The notes under the pieces are model-generated. The model did not search any database. It was not told where the DNA came from and was given only the letters and a program-made list of their open reading frames with translations. A DNA stretch of 55,593 nt, the filler included, from Sluysia triapertura (taxonomy: Eukaryota): the NCBI GenBank assembly GCA_046118255.1. It is 4 parts of 4 records of this genome, joined end to end, with 100 filler letters (N's around TTAATTAATTAA, not from the genome) between each part and the next. Parts side by side here need not be neighbours in the genome. Positions count along the whole stretch, not along the records: positions 40,878 to 55,593 come from JBJNIA010250976.1; 3 more parts are not named here. The stretch is one strand, 5' to 3'. The translations under genes were made by a program, and so were the position numbers. This document shows positions 53,705-55,593 of the stretch, piece after piece (the stretch's first letter is position 1; each line of letters opens with the position of its first letter).

Positions 53705-54264
53705 TTTGCACTTTTTAGGCCTTTTACCCCAACAAAAGGATAATTTGAAAGTGTTTAGAAAGATATAATACTGGAATCTTCATCATCTATGTACTTCTTA
53801 TTTTTCAAGAGAAATCACTTAGAGAGTTTTCGAACTACAGAAACATTATCCAATACGAAGGTGAAATGCGAGTAAATATATTGCGAGCAAGAAAAATATC
53901 CTCTTCTTTTGGTAACAATGGATGGATGAGACAATCCAACATTTATTATTTTTAAAATTTAATATAACTTATAAATAAATGTTCCAAAAGTGTGTCAAAA
54001 TATTATATTATAAACATAGAGCTCAAAATAGATAAATAACATTCTCATTCCTTAATCGTATCTTAAAATGAAAATAAGAGAATGAGTACATAAAAACGAT
54101 TCGAGTTAAAATACACATTTAAGATGTATTGACATTTGAATTATAATTTAACTATTAAATACCCTTAAATACCCATTTGGTATTTCTTGAGGACCCCAAA
54201 CATACAATTTTCGATAATTTTGTATTTGGACTTACATGCTTAAGAATTTTAACTCTCAGTTGTT

Positions 54265-54477
54265 ATGACTTGTCGTCAAGTATTTATCAAATTAGACGAT
54301 ATTGTAGAACATGAACCTGAGCGAGTAGATCTGCCTAAGAATCGTGGAAGGTAAATATGAATATCTGTGTCCATGGAGATATGATATAAAGATGAATACA
54401 ATGTGCAACAACTGTGAAAAATTTGTATATAAAGTGTACAGAAAATTGCTACATGTGCAAATTGTTTGTTAAAATGA
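54265..54477 (+). mobile_element. Decayed piggyBac transposase C-terminal Cys-rich remnant
   Basis: Across frameshifts reads KNRGR..YLCPWRYDIKMNTMCNNCEKFV...CANC, the RGRCxxCP..D.K...CxxC.K.VC pattern. Confidence 0.6.
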
Positions 54478-55593
54478 ACCATATATGAAAATGTCCTGTA
54501 TTAATCATAATAAAAACGTTTAAAATATTATCGAAATTCATTTTTCTTTGAAAATATATTCATATTTATCATTAAACTAGTTAAATTTAGCGGACACCAC
54601 ATAAATTATAAAATAAATAATTTCATAAAATAAAATAAATAAAACATATAAAATGTTTCAAGAACACTAATACTCTCAAGAAATTATTTAAACTTTGAAA
54701 ATTTGGAAGTAAATACATCAAAAATGCACTTCAAATTAGAATAAAAAATGAAAATGAATGAAAAATTGAACGCGCCATATTTTATTAACCAGAAGGATAT
54801 ACTACGAATTGATCGGAAACACTGAGGAATAAATAAAATATTTAAGGTTTGTAAAATAGAAATGAAGAACAAGCACTGGCAGCACAAATTAATTCAGTGT
54901 GACATAACGAATGTAAATAAGTTATATTGCCAGTTATAATTAACTATTATCTAGAATTACAAAAATACGTATATAATTAATTATAGATTTAAATTGGCCT
55001 GTAATGAGTTTAACAATAAAGTGAGAAATTATTAGAATAAAATTGGAAATAGTACAAGGAAGCAGTTGTTAATGTAAAACTGTGACTAAAAGAGTTTTAG
55101 AACGTAAATAAACACATTTATTAGACTCAATTATAAATAAAACTGAGTATAGTCCTGGAAATTTTTTAGTAATTATTTAGTTATGTTTTAATAATTTCGA
55201 TATTCAATTTTAGTTGATTAATTTTTGAGATTTTCATAAACTCTGCACTTCTATCTCTAATAAAAACGAACTAAATGAACTCATAATATCGTATATAACG
55301 ATAATTTAGATTTAAAATTCGATATTGAGTTTTAGTGAGGTTAGATTTTTATAATTTTATTGACTAATACAGACGAAATAAAGTTCAAAATACTTCACGT
55401 AAATCTTAAATTTTTATTACATTAAATTAATTCTTGTAAATAATTTATTAATTGTTTCCACTTAAACAATTTTCATCATTTTAAAAACACGTTTTAATCA
55501 AATATGTTTATAAAATATATAAATTGTGATAAACGAATACAGCAACACTGTTGCCACACTATCAAAAAACTAACAATAAAACTAATAGGATTA

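Overview
Very AT-rich (roughly 20-25% GC by eye) animal genomic DNA. It is metazoan because it contains a nuclear-receptor zinc-finger remnant and animal-type transposons. It consists of four sequence blocks joined by artificial 100-bp spacers (44 N + TTAATTAATTAA + 44 N) plus one plain N gap. I recognise no intact host gene. The window is a graveyard of mobile DNA: piggyBac ends and a piggyBac MITE, a mariner, a plant-type DD39D Tc1/mariner, hAT and Tigger/pogo pieces, a Polinton pPolB fragment, an L2-like LINE 3' end, two tRNA-derived modules and (ATT)n microsatellites. Between these lie intronless, coding-looking islands that match no transposon I know, mostly on the minus strand. One is a decayed SF2 DExH helicase of the NS3/CI/NPH-II/DEAH type. 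Three others (about 21.1-22.1 kb, 39.8-40.8 kb and 45.6-46.5 kb) have largely different coding content but end in the same GC-rich motif, CCGGCCATTWCA on the coding strand; two share 18 identical bp. My leading hypothesis (inference) is endogenised segments or transcripts of an undescribed, possibly multi-segmented virus or virus-like mobile system with a conserved 3' terminal signal, collected in one orientation as in a piRNA-cluster-like locus. I identified no RdRp or capsid, so this is unproven.
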